DNA from: Lophium mytilinum | Taxonomy: Eukaryota | Direction: 5' to 3' | DNA length: 64,000 nt | Assembly: GCA_010093605.1 (NCBI GenBank) | Contig: MU004198.1 | Location: 560,726-624,725, forward strand | In this document: piece by piece, positions 63,379-64,000 of the stretch | How positions within the stretch are numbered: the stretch's first letter is position 1 | How the letters are laid out: each line of letters begins with the position of its first letter | Notes under the pieces: model-generated | What the model was told of the DNA's origin: nothing | Database searches by the model: none | Seen by the model: only the letters and a program-made list of their open reading frames with translations | Made by a program: the position numbers and the translations under genes

Positions 63379-64000
63379 CTACGCATGGCATGTATCTTTC
63401 CTGCTGATAACATGAGCCCGGGTATGATTTGGGTCCATGTACCAGACAGGCTCAATTTTCCCACCATATATTTCGTCCCAAATCTCATCCATGTTGTCCG
63501 GAGTCTTCCAGGCCAGTTTTTCATTGCGGATCCACATACGGACGAGATGGCGGCTCTTATCTACGTCGTCAGTAAAGGCCTCGCGGGCGTGGAAAATGCC
63601 TAGATTGTTGACGAATGTCATGTCCCCTCTCTGTAGCTCAATAGAGAGGACGTGTTTGTTTGCTGTGAAGTGAACAGCATCGAGCGCCTCGGCCTGAGCA
63701 TCAGTCAACGGAGGAAGGGTCTTGGGGCGAGGCGCAAGACCAGAGCCCGTGAGCTGACGTCGTGAGAAGCAAAATGAGACCCGCTCCGCCTCGGCATCGT
63801 GGCATAGTATTGGATGCTCGTAGAAGGATCCATCTTCTTCGTGCCTAAGAAAATCAGGAAAGTCAGTCGCCCGCTTTTATAATCCGACCTTTACTGACGA
63901 GCTTACTTATCAAAAGCCCAGTTCTTGTCCGCGAGAACATGGATCAGGTCGGGACGAGTGGTAGCAATATCATTGTAAACCTGTGCTGCAGACGCCACGT
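63379..64000 (-). CDS. 3' part of a TauD/TfdA-family (clavaminate synthase-like) Fe(II)/2-oxoglutarate dioxygenase
   Basis: VYNDIATTRPDLIHVL, PPLTDAQAEALDAVHF and LQRGDMTFVNNLGIFHAREAF...RHLVRMWIR. The 5' end lies beyond the window. Confidence 0.88.

Overview
64 kb of a filamentous ascomycete (Pezizomycotina) chromosome with GT-AG introns and CTRAC/CTAAT branch sites; Dothideomycetes is an inference. The left two thirds is mostly housekeeping: the 3' end of a glyoxalase/VOC gene, a Ser/Thr/Pro-rich GPI-type protein, a C2H2 factor, Cdt2, GGPP synthase, an unusual repeat-rich bZIP, a Sec2-domain protein, Tea4/TeaC, a frameshifted MDR oxidoreductase, and Nup192 head-to-head with Tel1/ATM. The right third is accessory-type: a Pth11-like membrane protein, an intracellular GMC oxidoreductase, a HOL1-like MFS transporter, a Zn2Cys6 factor divergent from an amidase, and a TauD-like dioxygenase. 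This group is split by an ~7.5 kb island of RIP-like AT-rich relics, an intact HET-domain gene and a truncated kinase relic. The most striking signal is a 429-nt GMC intron that, by hand pairing, folds almost entirely into a multibranched G-U-rich RNA structure with a competing alternative helix. Other leads are a 948-nt in-frame retainable intron in Tea4 carrying an extra RVxF motif, a degenerate TAN motif in Tel1, and a duplicated unrecognised domain in the bZIP. All gene models and RNA pairings were worked out by eye; no searches or folding programs were run.
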